Assembly: GCA_052327205.1 (NCBI GenBank)
Contig: CM126223.1
Location: 65,844,001-65,908,000 of the forward strand
Direction: 5' to 3'
Length of the DNA: 64,000 bases
From: Somniosus microcephalus
Taxonomy: Eukaryota
This document shows, piece by piece, positions 1-13,285 of the stretch. The notes beneath the pieces are model-generated. The model did not search any database. It was not told the origin of the DNA and worked only from the letters and a program-made list of their open reading frames with translations. How positions within the stretch are numbered: position 1 is the stretch's first letter; each line of letters starts with the position of its first letter. A program made the position numbers and the translations under genes.

Positions 1-2042
1 AGGGTGGGACCAACAAGCAAAGGGAACCTTGGATGACAAGGGAGATACAAAAATGCATTAGAAATAAAAGGGGGGCTTTTGGCAGTTACAAAAGACTAAA
101 GACGGAAGAAGCCCTAGAGGAGTATAAAAAGTGCAGGGGCATACTTAAAAAAGAAATTAGGAGGGCGAGGAGGGGCCATGAAATAACACTGGCGAGCAAA
201 ATAAAGGAAAATCCTAAGATGTTTTATAAGTATATTAAGGGCAAGAGGATAACCAGGGAAAGGGTAGGGCCCATTAGGGACCAAAGTGGCAATCTGTGTG
301 TAGAACCAGATGATGTAGGCGGGGTTTTAAATGAATTTTTTGCATCTGTGTTCACTATGGAGAAAGACGATGCAGACATAGAAATCGGGCAAGGGGACTG
401 TGACATACTTGAACATATTAGCATCGAGAGGGAGGAGGTGCTAGCGGTTTTAGCAGGCCAAAAAGTGGATAAATCCCCAGGCCCGGACGAGATGTATCCC
501 AGGCTGCTGTGGGAGGCAAAGGAGGAGATTGCAGGGGCTCTGACACAAATTTTCAGAACCTCTCTGGCCACAGGGGATGTACCAGAGGACTGGAGAACAG
601 CTAATGTAGTACCATTATACAAGAAGAGTAGCAGGGATAAACCAGGGAAGTACAGGCCAGTGAGCCTAACATCTGTGGTAGGGAAATTATTGGAAAAAAT
701 TCTGAGGGACAAAATTAGTCTCCACTTGGAGGGGCAAGGATTAATCGGGGATAGTCAGCATGGCTTTGTCAAGGGTAAATCATGTCTGACAAATCTGATT
801 GAATTTTTCGAGGGGGTGACTAGGGAGGTGGATGAGGGAAATGCTGTGGATGTGGTTTACATGGACTTCAGTAAAGCTTTTGACAAAGTCCCGCATAGGA
901 GACTGGTCAAGAAGGTAAGAGCCCATGGGATCCAGGGTGCCTTGGCGCGTTGGATCCTAAACTGGCTGAGTGGCAGGAGGCAGAGGGTGATGGTCGAAGG
1001 TTGCTTTTGTGACTGGAAGCCTGTGTCCAGTGGGGTACCTCAGGGATCGGTGCTGGGTCCCTTGTTGTTTGTGATCTACATAAATGATTTGGATGAGAAT
1101 GTAAAAGGGATGATCAGTAAGTTTGCAGATGACACGAAAATTGGTGGGGTGGTAAATTGCAAGGGGGAAAGCCTCAGGCTACAGGACGATATAGACGGGT
1201 TGGTCAGATGGGCGGAAAAGTGGCAAATGGAATTTAACCCTGAAAAGTGCGAGGTGATGCATTTTGGACGGACAAATAAGGCAAGGGAATACACAATGAG
1301 TGGTAGGACCCTAGGAAGTACAGAGGGTCAGAGGGACCTCGGTGTACATGTACATAGATCTCTGAAGGCAGCGGAACAAGTAGATAAGGTGGTTAAAAAG
1401 GCATATGGGATACTTGCCTTCATTAGCCGAGGCATAGAATATAAGAGCAGGGAGGTTATGATGGAGCTGTACAAAATGCTGGTGAGGCCACAGCTGGAGT
1501 ACTGTGTGCAGTTCTGGTCGCCTCACTATAGGAAGGATGTGATTGCTTTGGAGAGGGTGCAGAGAAGATTCACCAGGATGTTACCTGGGATGGAGCGCCT
1601 CAGCTATGAAGAAAGACTAAACAGGCTGGGGTTGTTTTCCTTGGAGCAAAGAAGGCTGAGGGGGGACCTGATTGAGGTGTACAAAATGATGAGGGGCATA
1701 GGTAGGGTAGACAAAGAGGAACTTTTCCCCTTAGTAGGGGGGTCAATAACAAGGGGGCATAGATTCAGGGTAAGGGGCAGGAGATTTAGAGGGATTTGGG
1801 GAGGAACTTTTTCACCCAGAGGGTGGTTGGAATGTGGAACTCAATGCCTAAAAGGGTGGTAGAGGCAGGAACCCTCACAACATTCAAGAAGCATTTGGAT
1901 GAGCACTTGAAATGCCATTGCATACAAGGCTATGGACCAAATGCTGGAAAATGGGATTAGACTGGACAGGGATGGATGGGCGGCGCAGACACGATGGGCC
2001 GAAGGGCCTCTTTCTGTACTGTAAAACTCTATGACTCTATGA
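1..2042 (+). mobile_element. CR1-clade LINE, ORF2 reverse transcriptase and 3' end (young copy; 5' part outside window)
   Basis: ORF 33..1862 has [26 protein letters not shown] and LEYCVQFWSP motifs. Apparent frameshift near 1790; CTCTATGA tail repeat. Confidence 0.95.
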
Positions 2043-3148
2043 AGTCAATGGGAATCGGGGGGGCGGGGGGCAAACGCTCCACTGGCTGGAGACATACCTA
2101 GCACAAAGATGGTTGCGGTGGTTGAAGGTCAATCATCACAGCCCCAGGACATCACTGCAGGAGTTCTTCAGGGCAGTGTCCTAGGCCCAACCATCTTCAG
2201 CTGCTTCATCAATGACCTCCCCTCCAACATAATGTCAGAAATGGGGATGTTTGCTGATGATTGCAGTGTTTAGTTCCATTCACAACTCCTCAGATAATGA
2301 AGCAGTCCATGCCCACATGCAACAACACCTGGATGACATTCAGGCTTGGGCTGATAAATGGCAGGTAACATTCGCGCCATACAAGTGCCAGGCAATGACT
2401 ATCTCCAACAAGTGAGAGTCTAACCACAATGCCTTGCCATTCAATGGGATTACCATTGCTAAATCCCCCACCAACATCCTGGGGGTCACCATTGATAAGA
2501 AGCTTAACTGGACCAGCCACATAAATCCTGTGGCAACAAGAGCAGGTCAGAGGCTAGGTATTCTGCGGAGTGTGTCTCACCTCCTGACTCCCCAAAGCCC
2601 TTCCACCATCTACAAGGCACAAGTAAGGAGTATGATGGAATACTCTCCACTTGCCTGGATGCGTGCAGCTCCAACAACACTCAAGAAGCTCGACACCATC
2701 CAGGACAAAGCAGCCCGCTTGATTGGCACCCCATCCACCACCTTAAACATTCACTCCCTCCATCACCGGCATACCATGGCTGCAGTGTGTACCATCTACA
2801 AGATGCACTGCAGCAACTCGCCAAGGCTCCTTCGGCAGCACCTCCCAAACCCACGACCTCTTCCACCTAGAAGGACAAGGGCAGCAGGTGCATGGGAACA
2901 CCACCACCTCCAAGTTCCCCTCCAAGTCACACACCATCCTGACTTAGAAGTATATCACCGATCCTTCATCGTCACTGGGTCAAAATCCTGAAGCTCCCTA
3001 CCTAACAGCACTGTGGGAGTACCTTCACCACATAACCTGCAGCAGTTCAAGGCGGCGGCTCACCACCTCCTTCGCAAGGGCAATTAGGGATGGGCAATAA
3101 ATGCTGGCCTTGCCAGTGACGCCCACATCACAAACAAATAAAAAAATG
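2043..3148 (+). mobile_element. Degenerate Jockey-group (CR1/L2-related) LINE, RT 3' half and tail
   Basis: QGSVLGP, FADD and IYKAQVRSMMEYS motifs with stops; tail AATAAATGCTGGCCTTGCCAGTGACGCCCACATC plus A-rich end. Confidence 0.85.
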
Positions 3149-4840
3149 CATTAGGTTAGAAGAGAGGAGTTTAAGCATTGGAAAAACTTTTACTTTCTGC
3201 TAATAATGCACTTTCCTATGCTGTTTGTATATAATGAGATATACATGTACACCATCTATATGGATTCATTTAGATATTCATTGCTAGAAGATTGTATTTG
3301 ATCTGTAGAGTATTTTCTTCCCAGACTGGGTACTACTTCCAGTGTTTGTGTTCATGGCAGAGCATCAAATGATAAAATAATTTTCCTGCATTACAAGGTT
3401 TTTCACTAGAAACCCATTACAGTATTTGGGAACCAGCCCAATTGACTGTAGCAAGGTGCAGCATATTGAGGTTCCATTAGATTCTACACTTTCTATAACA
3501 ACTTTATAATTTAGCATAGATTGTGAGGAATGAAGGGATATAATTTCTCAATTCTACATCAAGCCACACCCAGTTCTAGTGTATGTGGGCAATGCTTGCT
3601 TACACTTCAAAGCCATTCAGCATCCAACTTTATGATTATGTTTACGGCATCTTTGTGAACGTAAATATGCAAAAGTATAAAAGAATAGGCAGAAAAAGTC
3701 TGAGTACTTGAAACATGAGTCGGGAATGACTTATTAATTTTCCGAATACAATAATGAAACTTTTTTGTCCTATGACTGTATTCACTGAGTCATCAGGACC
3801 AATATTGGTTCATATTTATTATTCAGCTATTCTATCGCTTTAAAGTGATCACTTATTCAGAATCAAGGATCAGTAACAACCATCAAAACTTTAAATGACA
3901 TGAAATGCTGCACACTACACCCCAGGATTATTGTTAAGTGGTACATCACTTGAAGGGCTATGTGTTTATAGGATTAAATTCAGCACAAGACTCAACTGTT
4001 AGTATGATACCTTCAGCAGCAAGTTGCGAGTCTGGGAACTCCTAAAAATGCACTTTATAAGTGAGGTAGTACTACTGTGGCAAGTGTCATTGTAAGGGTT
4101 GGAGGTATCTGTAAATGTATCTGCAGAGTCCAAATTTAAAAAATAGCAACACATTTTGGAATCCCTATTTCAAAACTGCAGCAATAAATATCTACTGACT
4201 TTGTACCTATTTTACTTCCAAACTTTCATCATCTTAAACATATAGCAACTATAATCAGAATTCTAACTGATCACATTTGCAGTACGAAATGCTTCCTCAA
4301 TTTATTTGGGCCATCACATCTTCTGGCACAGGCTCAATGGGCTGAATGGCCGCCTTCTGTGCTGTACCATTCTATGACTCTGCGCTACCAATATTTGAAT
4401 TAGAAAGCTGACTTTTGTGTTAACACAAAAAGTGTTATTTCGATAGGGCTAGTTTAAAAAAGATAACTACCCAACATCTAAGATCTTTTCAAGCTGGTTT
4501 GAAACAAAAGGACTTGAAACCAGACTGACTGACCATCTAATGTGCATTTTGATTGTGTAATAAAAATAACAGGCTATGTAATGTGATACAAGATTAATAA
4601 ATTACAGCTAAATTTACTGCAATTATGTGGGGAGCAAAAGGCAGGGAAATCAGAACTAGAAAAGTTGTGCATGATCCTGACCATGCTATAAATTGGGGTC
4701 CAATTGGAAGGAGTACGGCATAAAGAGGTCATAATTTTCCACCAAACAATGCATATATACTGTAGATTTTTAAATTTAAAACAAATACAATATTGATAAG
4801 AACCACCCAACACCAGAGACATGCCCATTTAATTTCGTAC

Positions 4841-4987
4841 TTTGCTTTAGAGATGAATTTGTACGTATCATTCCAATATGCAAGCAGATCTGTAGCCTCC
4901 TCATCATAGACCCTGATATTATGGTACTCAAATATTCCTGGAAAGAAGTTATCAATTTCACGGGTGATGTTCAAGATGTACCGGATC
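4841..4987 (-). CDS. SSH2: SSH2 exon, DSP domain (IRYILNITREIDNFFPGIFEYHNIRVYDEEATDLLAYWNDTYKFISKAK)
   Basis: 147 nt, TAG acceptor, GTACGA donor; the gene continues beyond the window start. Confidence 0.95.
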
Positions 4988-5016
4988 CTAAAAATAGAAA
5001 TATGAAGAAATTATTA

Positions 5017-5339
5017 CAGGAAACTTTGGTTTATCCGGAGGTTATATGTCCGGAATACTCGATCTAATGGCAAAAATCAGGAGCCGTTTTCTATGTTTTT
5101 TTAGTTCTCGTTGCTTTTCTTTCCCCCCAGTCAAGCACTGCAAGGTCTGTAGCTATAGCAACAGCTTCAGCTACAGACGCTTGCAGCTGCAGCTGACTGT
5201 TTTGAAGCAACAGGGTTTGTTGATTCACACAGAGCTTCTCAGTTCCGTATGTTTAAACATTAACTCTGGTATGTCCGGCACTTTTGATGTTACGGCGCCA
5301 GCTCGGTCCAGTCAGTGCCGGATATCAGAAAGTTTCCTG
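5017..5339. mobile_element. Tc1/mariner-type MITE
   Basis: TIR CAGGAAACTTT...AAAGTTTCCTG flanked by TA; related copies at 14400 and 48209. Confidence 0.85.
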
Positions 5340-6307
5340 TACCATGTTAGGATTGGTCATTGCCATACAGAAAGTCTTTAAATTAAATATAAAACTTCCA
5401 CTGCCAGGTACACAGGATGCAGTTTTAAAAAAAAGTAACTTTTTTTGAGAATGTAAAGTTAAATATATTTTTCACATGTTTTGCATCTTGTAAAAAAGAG
5501 GTTTCTTTTAGATGGTTATAGTACAATGCAGTACCAAAACAAACATGACTGGCCTGCAGGGGGCGATAGCACCATTGTGATAATCTACAGGATGAATTAA
5601 TGTGAAAGTTATTGACTAAAAAAAACTGTTTGCAAAAGAAAACTGGATACAACCAAACTGCCAATGAAAAGCTTTGTAGGGAGGTGTAGTCAACAAATGT
5701 GTGCTTAAGTTATATTTAGCACAAAATTAAACTTGCACCAGATGAGAAAGGATGATTATTAACTGATCAATGGTGGCAAAACGTATTTCAATATTGACAC
5801 TTGAGAACCCTGTTAAAATGGAAAATGCAGAGAATACACAGACTTGTAGCATTAAGATTCCAACACACTATTGATCGCAGTGACTGGATACGAGTGCCCA
5901 CCCATACTTTCCTACATGGTTGAGTTTCTGGCCCCATCGGAGACAATGCCATCAGGTGAAGTGTCAAGTAAGAACAATGTGTTTCCTCACAGGGAGGACG
6001 AAAGAAAGCAACAGAAATGAATAACAGGGGTTGTTTTTGCATACATCCTAGTAGTCAGCTCAATGGAAACATCTTCTTGCCCTCCCTTTCAATTGGGCAA
6101 TAGAGCTAATTATATTCAGTCTAATTTTTACACAATAAAACAGTTTTCAACATGATAATTTTTCACTTACAGATCACAATCATTAAATGCTTTCTAACAA
6201 GTATAGCAACTGGGTAAATAAAAGCTACCAATAAATGCCCCAAGCGCTAAAATACACAGGGATACATGAATCAACAACACTACGGCTCTTTTAATTGACA
6301 AAAATAG

Positions 6308-6710
6308 GTTGTCGCTAGCCCAACGCATTACCGGCACCCGGCTACCGACCATAGAGCACATATACCAGAAACGCTGTCTACGGAGGTCACGGTCCATCAT
6401 CAAAGACCCTACCCACCCCAGCCTGTTCGCCCTCCTGCCATCTGGGAGACGCTACAGATGCATTCGCACCCGTACGACCAGATTTAGGAACAGCTTCTTT
6501 CCCAGGGCTGTCATCCTACTGAACTCCACAAATAAACTCTAAAGCCTGCACATCTATGGTTATGTTTATGTTAATATACTACAAGCCAAATGTATGCTGA
6601 ATGTTTTAATGTCTTAATCCAAATGTACACTCTCGGGAGCCGCAAGCCTACATTTCGTTGTACTGCACTTGTGCACTAACAATAAAAGTTGATTTTGATT
6701 TGATTTGATT
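6308..6710 (+). mobile_element. Rex1/Babar-type LINE 3' fragment
   Basis: IIKDPTHPSLFALLPSGRRYR..RTTRFRNSFFPRAV motif, AATAAA, (TTGAT)n tail, AAATAG target-site duplication. Confidence 0.85.
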
Positions 6711-7542
6711 AAATAGAAAAGTGTCTGCAAACATGTTTAAAATATCCTGCTTACAGTTCTTAGTCAATATGCTGCCTTGAGAGGAGTTAGATCCTACAGG
6801 TGTAACAAAAAGAACTGAATTATAGAAGAAAGAAGTTGTTGCCGGAAGAACTGGGAAGGAAGGAACATTTCCAATAGAAAACACTCCCCTATTAAACTGC
6901 TACAATAAAAAAAAACAGGCAAGAAGCATTTCTATTTTTAATCTTTTCTCTCTCCTCAGAAACCGCCTATTTCAGGTTTCTGCTCAGAGCCATAGTCCTG
7001 TCAGCACCTGGTGGTAAAGAACTATAAACTATCTTGTAAATCAGATCCCACACAAGTACTGGATTTTGACTTGGAGGCATTTGAACTGGGAAATTTCATA
7101 CAAGCCTGCAAGTGCAGAGGGGTAAGGGAAAGGAAGTAAAAAATACATGTGCCTCAAATTGATTTTCCCTCAGCATACCTATTACTGGATACTTGTTTTA
7201 TTTTCTGAAATATTTGGTAAGCAAATTCTGAAATGTTCAAGTTTAACTGGGAATCAAATTAAGTGGTTTTCATGTGTAGAACATTAACCAAAACGGATAT
7301 TGGGAAAAAACTGTATAATTCAAGAATTTGTTTTTGCGCCAAATCAACATTTGACAATTTGGGCTGGTCTTACAAAAACTTGATAAACACATTTTTAAAT
7401 GATCATATACAAGAGAAGATTACAATTGAGGGGCATGCAGTACTTTAACAGACTAAACCTTTTGCCCTTCATGCAGTGCTGGTCGACAGTTATGTTTGAT
7501 GGCTTGGCCAAACAGATCATGTTTCATCACAGAGGCCCTTAC

Positions 7543-7589
7543 CCTCGATTCTGTAAATCTTCTAAATTGGATGCATTCCACTCTGAACC
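7543..7589 (-). CDS. SSH2: SSH2 exon, DSP domain (GSEWNASNLEDLQNRG)
   Basis: 47 nt, CAG acceptor, GTAAGG donor, phase 0 to 2. Confidence 0.95.
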
Positions 7590-8669
7590 CTGAAAACAGA
7601 GAGAAGCTGGCTGAGATTCAGGTCTAACAGGATAATCCAAACAGATTGTACTGATATTGAGCACAGAAACAAAGTAGCTCAGGTATAGATGCAAGCAAGT
7701 TCCTTCCCCGCACCAAACCCCCCCCCCCACCCACCAACCAGGTGCAGTAATGCACCTACAGTCATATTTGAGCAAAAGGGAAGTTAAGCTTCCAGCAAAC
7801 TTGTACCCGGTCAAATTCTTGAATGATTCGATTAGCATATTAAAAGTTCTGTAGCAGTATTACTCTGTTACAACCATCTTACTTTTCCAGTTTTCTTCCA
7901 GCCTTTAAAAAAAAATAAAAAAATAATTGAATTAATGGCCATGGCTGGACAGGGTAGGACTGGCATGAAGATGATACCAAGCAGGATAATACAATAGTTT
8001 TAACTACTGTGAGTCTTGTAGTTTCCTTAACTTTCAGAGCTAAAGTGCAAAGTATGATGCACAAGAAAAACTGGCTCTCAATCTGTTGCTCCCCTGGAGA
8101 TAAATGTGGCTCTTGATGGAAAGCCACAAATTAACAGTGGTGTTGAAGAATGCAGAGGAGTCGGCTACTCATTCACTCACCATCCCAGTGGAAAGAATAC
8201 AAGTGCCGGTGACTCACCATGGAGGGGGGGGGGGTCAAGGGGAATGAAGAGAGGTGAAGTACAAGAATAAAACAGTAAAACATCCAACCCTGGGCAAGCA
8301 GAAAAGGGCACACACTAGTTCCAGGTTATTTTCTGAATGAACTGACAACCATGAGCTGTGAAAAGGTCACAGATTAAAATGGATTTACTGAGATATTCTT
8401 TGAAGTAATGCTTATGCCTTGCCACTAAAATAAATTCTCTTTGACTTTAAGGCCAGCTGACTATTGTCCATCCTTATAAAATAGACTGCAATTCAACATA
8501 AGCAGGCAGTAGCTGGCTTCATATTGTGAAATTTGAATACAGGAAACCTCGTCAGGACAGTTTTCAAAAGCAAGTACTCCAAAATAAGATAAGTCACAGC
8601 AGAGAGAAGTCAAGTCAAGTCACAAAGAAAAATGTATTTATATGAAACCGTTTAACTTCCTGCATTCCT

Positions 8670-9172
8670 GATATACTAGCCATAGAGGGAGTGCTGCGAA
8701 GGTTCACCATACTGATTGTCCCGTGAGGACAGATTGATTAGACTAGTCCTATATTCTCTAGAGTTTAGAAGAATGAGAGGTGATCTCATTGAAACATACA
8801 AAATTCTTACAGGGCTTGACAGGGTAGATGCCGGGCGGATGTTTCCCCCTGGCTGGGGAGTCTAGAACCAGGGGTCACAGTCTCAGAATAAGGGGTCGGC
8901 CATTTAGGACTGAGATGAGGAGAAATTTCTTCACTCAAGAGGGTGGTGAATCTTTGGAATTCTCTACCCCAGAGGGGCTGTGGAGTCTCAGTCATCGAGT
9001 ATATTCAAGGCAGAGATTGATAGATTTTTGAATATTAAAGAGAATCAAGGGCTATGGGGATAGTTCAGGAAAGTGGAGATGAGGTAGATGATCAGCCATG
9101 ATCTTACTGAATGGCAGAGCAGGCTCGAGGGGCCGAATGGCCGACTCCTGCTCCTGCTCCTATTTCTTATGT
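8670..9172 (+). mobile_element. CR1 LINE 3' fragment
   Basis: FPLAGESRTRGHSLRIRGRPFRTEMRRNFFTQ and the CR1 3' tail. Confidence 0.9.
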
Positions 9173-9454
9173 ATTCACAGCCAATGCAAAAGACAAATAG
9201 ACAGCTGACAGAAAACAACAAGCATTCACACAGCACCTCATCACATCCTTGGGACATCCCAAAGCACTTCACAGCCAATGTAATACTTTTATCACATACG
9301 TGATGAGCACATCTTGGGATTTCTCTGGAATTGACAGTGTTCTAGATTTGTCATAAAAGCTTAAAATGGCTACATTTGCATCCTTAATGACCCTCCAGCC
9401 AAGTTGGTAGTGCAGTGTGGTAGTGTGCCAATATGGTACACCATAAAGTGGCAG

Positions 9455-9900
9455 AACAACATCTTGCATTTATATAGCACCTTTAACATAGTAAAACGTC
9501 CCATGGCGTTTCACAGGAGCGTTAGTGAACAACATTTGACACTGAGCCACATAAGGAGATGTTAGGGCAGGAAGTGGTAGATTTTGAGGAGCATCTTAAA
9601 AGGAGGGGAGAGAGGTAGAGAGGCAAAGAGGCTTAGAGGGGGAATTCCAGCGCTTAGGGCATAGGCAGCTGAAGGTACGGCTGGCAATGGTGGAGCAATT
9701 AAAAATCGGGGATGGGCACAGAGATAGGGAGGGACGAGGCCATGGAGGGATTTGAAAACCAGGATGAGAATTTTAAAATTGAGGCGTTGCCAGGCCGGGA
9801 GCCAATGTAGGTCAGCGGGCACAGGGGTGATGGGTGAATGGGACTTGGTGTGAGTTAGGACACGGGCAGCAGAGTTTTGGATAAGCTGAAGTTTATGACA
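9455..9900 (-). mobile_element. L2 LINE 3' fragment
   Basis: LQLIQNSAARVLT..HSPITPV..LHWLP..FKILILVFKSLHG, with an L2 tail ending GCTATATAAATGCAAG. Confidence 0.85.
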
Positions 9901-10421
9901 CACGACATTCCCTAGAGATTCGGCTCCTAGTCTCAGGCTACCACAGGGGAAAGGTGCCAAGAGGAGGCAAGACAGCGCTCACCAGAGAGGATTTCTAACG
10001 TAGTCTCTCTGGCAAATATAACCCTTTGGAAATGTTCTTTCCTACTTTAAGAAAAAACTTACTACAGGAACTTAAATACTTAGACTTAATACAGATAATA
10101 GCAGTAAAAAAAAAACTGTGATAACATTAGTCAACAAGCAGGTTGCAGAGAAATTTCAAGCTTTAAAAGTACTCGAGAATTTCTCAAAACTTCTAATATT
10201 GTCGTAAATAGGAATCCAAAACTACAGTAATCACATTTGTATGAAGGAGGTAGAAAAACCAATGTTGTTTAGAAGCCAGCACAAGAGAGGCCGGTTGTGA
10301 TTTCCTTCCCTTTCACTCTCCTCAACTCCCCATCATCCATCAGATAACATTAATTTCTGCTATCACACACATACCCACAAGAAATAGTGATCAGAGGTGT
10401 GGCTGAGTATAATGATCATAC

Positions 10422-10550
10422 CAGGTAGACATGCTCAAATATCTCGGTTGGGTTGTCCATCTGCCTCAAGATTACAATCATCTCGTTATCAATGTACTCT
10501 TTAAATTCTCTCAAGTTACAGACCATCTGCATCTCCAATTCTGTGCGAAT
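10422..10550 (-). CDS. SSH2: SSH2 exon (IRTELEMQMVCNLREFKEYIDNEMIVILRQMDNPTEIFEHVYL)
   Basis: 129 nt, CAG acceptor, GTATGA donor. Confidence 0.95.
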
Positions 10551-10804
10551 CTGCAATGAATACAACAATTAGCTTTTGAGACCCATGCATTTTACACAAG
10601 GTCAAAAGCAATCAGCAGTTAAATAACGCAGGGTCAGAAAATTCTTTACTGGTAACCAGGCTAATGAAACATCAGATTTGGTAGCCCGGTAAAACTATTT
10701 TTTCAGTCCAAGTCAAGACAGTTCATTCGATCCTTCATTTAAAATCAGCAACCACCCTTGTTTGAAGTCATATTTCAGAATGAGAGTGATCATATGGAAA
10801 CCAT

Positions 10805-11544
10805 GGCCTAGAAATTCAGTTGGCTGCGCCAGCCATTAGCGCCTTAGGAGGAGTAGATCTCGAGCGCTAGGCACTTAGCGCCCGGGCGCAGCGCGATCTG
10901 CGCCTCGCCCCAACTTCAGTAGACATTTAGCGCCGGCGCAAAGTCATTGCGCGCGTTCATCTGCGCGCGCAGATCATGACGTCATTTCGTCGTGCAACGC
11001 CCTGTGCGCGCCCGGAACCAGAACTTCACTCGCGCCGCCCCATTGTGCGCCTGGCGGCCCGAACGACTGTGAAGTGGAACGGTACACAGCTGAGGTGGGC
11101 CGCGGGGAGCGCAAATTAAAGGGCACTCCTGCAGTAGAAAAGGCAGCCGTTTTGCAACACTCCTTCTTTGGGAGGAGGAGGAGGAGGAGGAACAACAACA
11201 AAGTGATGGAGAGAAGCCCTCCCCAAAAACACAAATACACTAGTCTCGGCCTGTCAAAAAAACAAATCCACCCTCCCCCTTTAAGAGCTCACCGGAGCCA
11301 GAGTGTCTGCCGGCAATCAGCAGCTCGCCGCACCTGCCCTGCGTCCAACTTCCGGTGTTAGCGCCCCGGGCTGCCGGCTTAGTGCCTAATGATAGTCGTG
11401 CATCGCCTGTTTTAGCGCAGCAGCAACCTCTTAAGGCGATGCAACTGAATATCGGCGAAGGGGGCTCGACTTTGCGCCGGGCGCAAACTTTAGCGGCCGC
11501 CCGACTTTACCGCCCCAAAAGTGGCTATACTGGATTTCTAGGCC
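10805..11544. mobile_element. PIF/Harbinger non-autonomous element
   Basis: TIR GGCCTAGAAAT(T/C)CAGT, 3-bp TSD CAT; both arms shared with the transposase-bearing copy at 34592. Confidence 0.9.
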
Positions 11545-11875
11545 CATATGTTCTGCACTGGAAGATGAAATTGAACTCAATCTCCAAACAGTTAAAATTG
11601 GGCTAGCTGGTTATTACACAGAGACAAGCAAGTGTACACTGTGTCAGTAAGAATCTTGGACAAGGTAAAGATGCATTCTAAAATTAAGTATCCCAATCAT
11701 TGTTTATATATATATTTAAGTTACATCACCTTAAGACCTCAAATTGCAAAACATTTGGGTTTTGAAGTTATTTCTCCATCTTATTTGCATGGTATTAAAA
11801 AATGTCAGCCAATGAATATCAATTCAGAATCTATTGTGAATCCTGTCAATTTTCTTTAGTAAGGGTATACACTAC

Positions 11876-11969
11876 CTCTTTTGAGGTGACGTTCTCCAAA
11901 TCCTTCTGCATCATGATCTCCCGAAGTTTAGTCTTGATTAGTCTTTCAGTCAGTTCTCGCTCTGTTGGT
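11876..11969 (-). CDS. SSH2: SSH2 exon, DEK-C domain start (PTERELTERLIKTKLREIMMQKDLENVTSKE)
   Basis: 94 nt, CAG acceptor, GTAGTG donor, phase 2 to 0. Confidence 0.95.
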
Positions 11970-12574
11970 CTGTAAGTGACACAAATACAATAATTATACT
12001 TTTGTTGGAAAGAAACGTTACCAGTAGAACATAGTCAGCTTTCAAATTGAAGGTCATATTTCCTGGTTAACCTCAACTAACAGTTGCTCTACACTGCCAT
12101 TTATTTTTAAGATCACATCCCCCACTTACAATTATTCTAATACTGTAACAAATAACCGGACCATGAAAAGGCAAGAAAGATGCATCTTACTCCAGGGCAG
12201 GACAATATTCGCCTGTACACATGAACTCTCATTGTTTTCAGCAACAAAGTTCAACTGGGAACTGTATCAATAAAAACTATTCCTTGGAGCTTTATTTTTT
12301 TAATTCAGCTAATCAAAATGCTAAAATGTATATGATACAAAAACAGTTGCCAGAGATGGTGTTTCTAAATTACAGAAAATGCATGTTAGCCTTTATTACT
12401 GTGAAGAGATTTCAAAAGCAAATCTACATTTCCCATCTGTAACTCCGGAGAAGTTAGCTGAAATTTGCAAAACGAATGGAGTGGATAATATGCACCAGAT
12501 GAACCCCAAACTGTGGTAAAAATTACTAATTTGATGGCCTGGTTACTAATTGAATGTCATATTTTAAATATTTA

Positions 12575-13285
12575 AAAGGTGCTATATAAATGCAAGTTTT
12601 CTGTAGAAAAGCATCCTAAGGCACAAAGATGCAAAGAAAATAAAGACCCCCAAACCAAAGGGGGAAATATTTGAAAAGGTGACCAACAGCTTGGCTAAAG
12701 AAGGGATTTGAAGGAGGAGATTGAGGTAGAAAAGCAAAGGGGTTTAGGGAGTTAATTCTAGAGCAAGAGACCTAGGCAACTGAAAGCATGGCTGCCAGTG
12801 GTGGGATGGTGTGAGAGGGGAGGGGGAATAGCACAAAAAACTAAGTCAAAGCAATAAGAATTTGGAGGCAGGGGGCTGTAGAGTTGGATGACGTTAAAGA
12901 GATAGTGAGGGGTGAGACTAAGGAAAGACTGAAACACAAGAGGGGAATTTTAACTTTCAGGTGTTGGGGACTAGGAGCTAATGTAGGTCAGCGAGGACAA
13001 GGGTGATGGGCAAGTGGTGCCTGGTGTAGGATAGGATTTGGGCAACAGAGTTTTGAATGAGCCGAGATGTACAGAGGATGAAGAATACAGGCCAGCTCGA
13101 AGAATATTGGAATATCCGAATCTGGAGGTGACGAGGCATGGCTGAGGGTTTCAGCAGCAGATGGTTGGAAGTAGCGGAAAAGATGGACAATGTTACAGAA
13201 GTCAAAGTAGGTGGTCTTTGTCTTATTACGTGCCTATGAAGCGCCTTGGGAGGTTTTCCTACGCCATATAAGTAGTTGTTGTATT
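12575..13285 (-). mobile_element. Old L2 LINE fragment(s)
   Basis: LIQNSVAQIL..HHLPITLVLADLH; similar to the copy at 9455; L2 tail-like pieces at the edges. Confidence 0.7.

Noticed and set aside
4020-4080. Possible catalytic VHCKMGVSRS exon
   Set aside because: Superficial similarity only, with an in-frame stop; the catalytic exon must lie outside the window.
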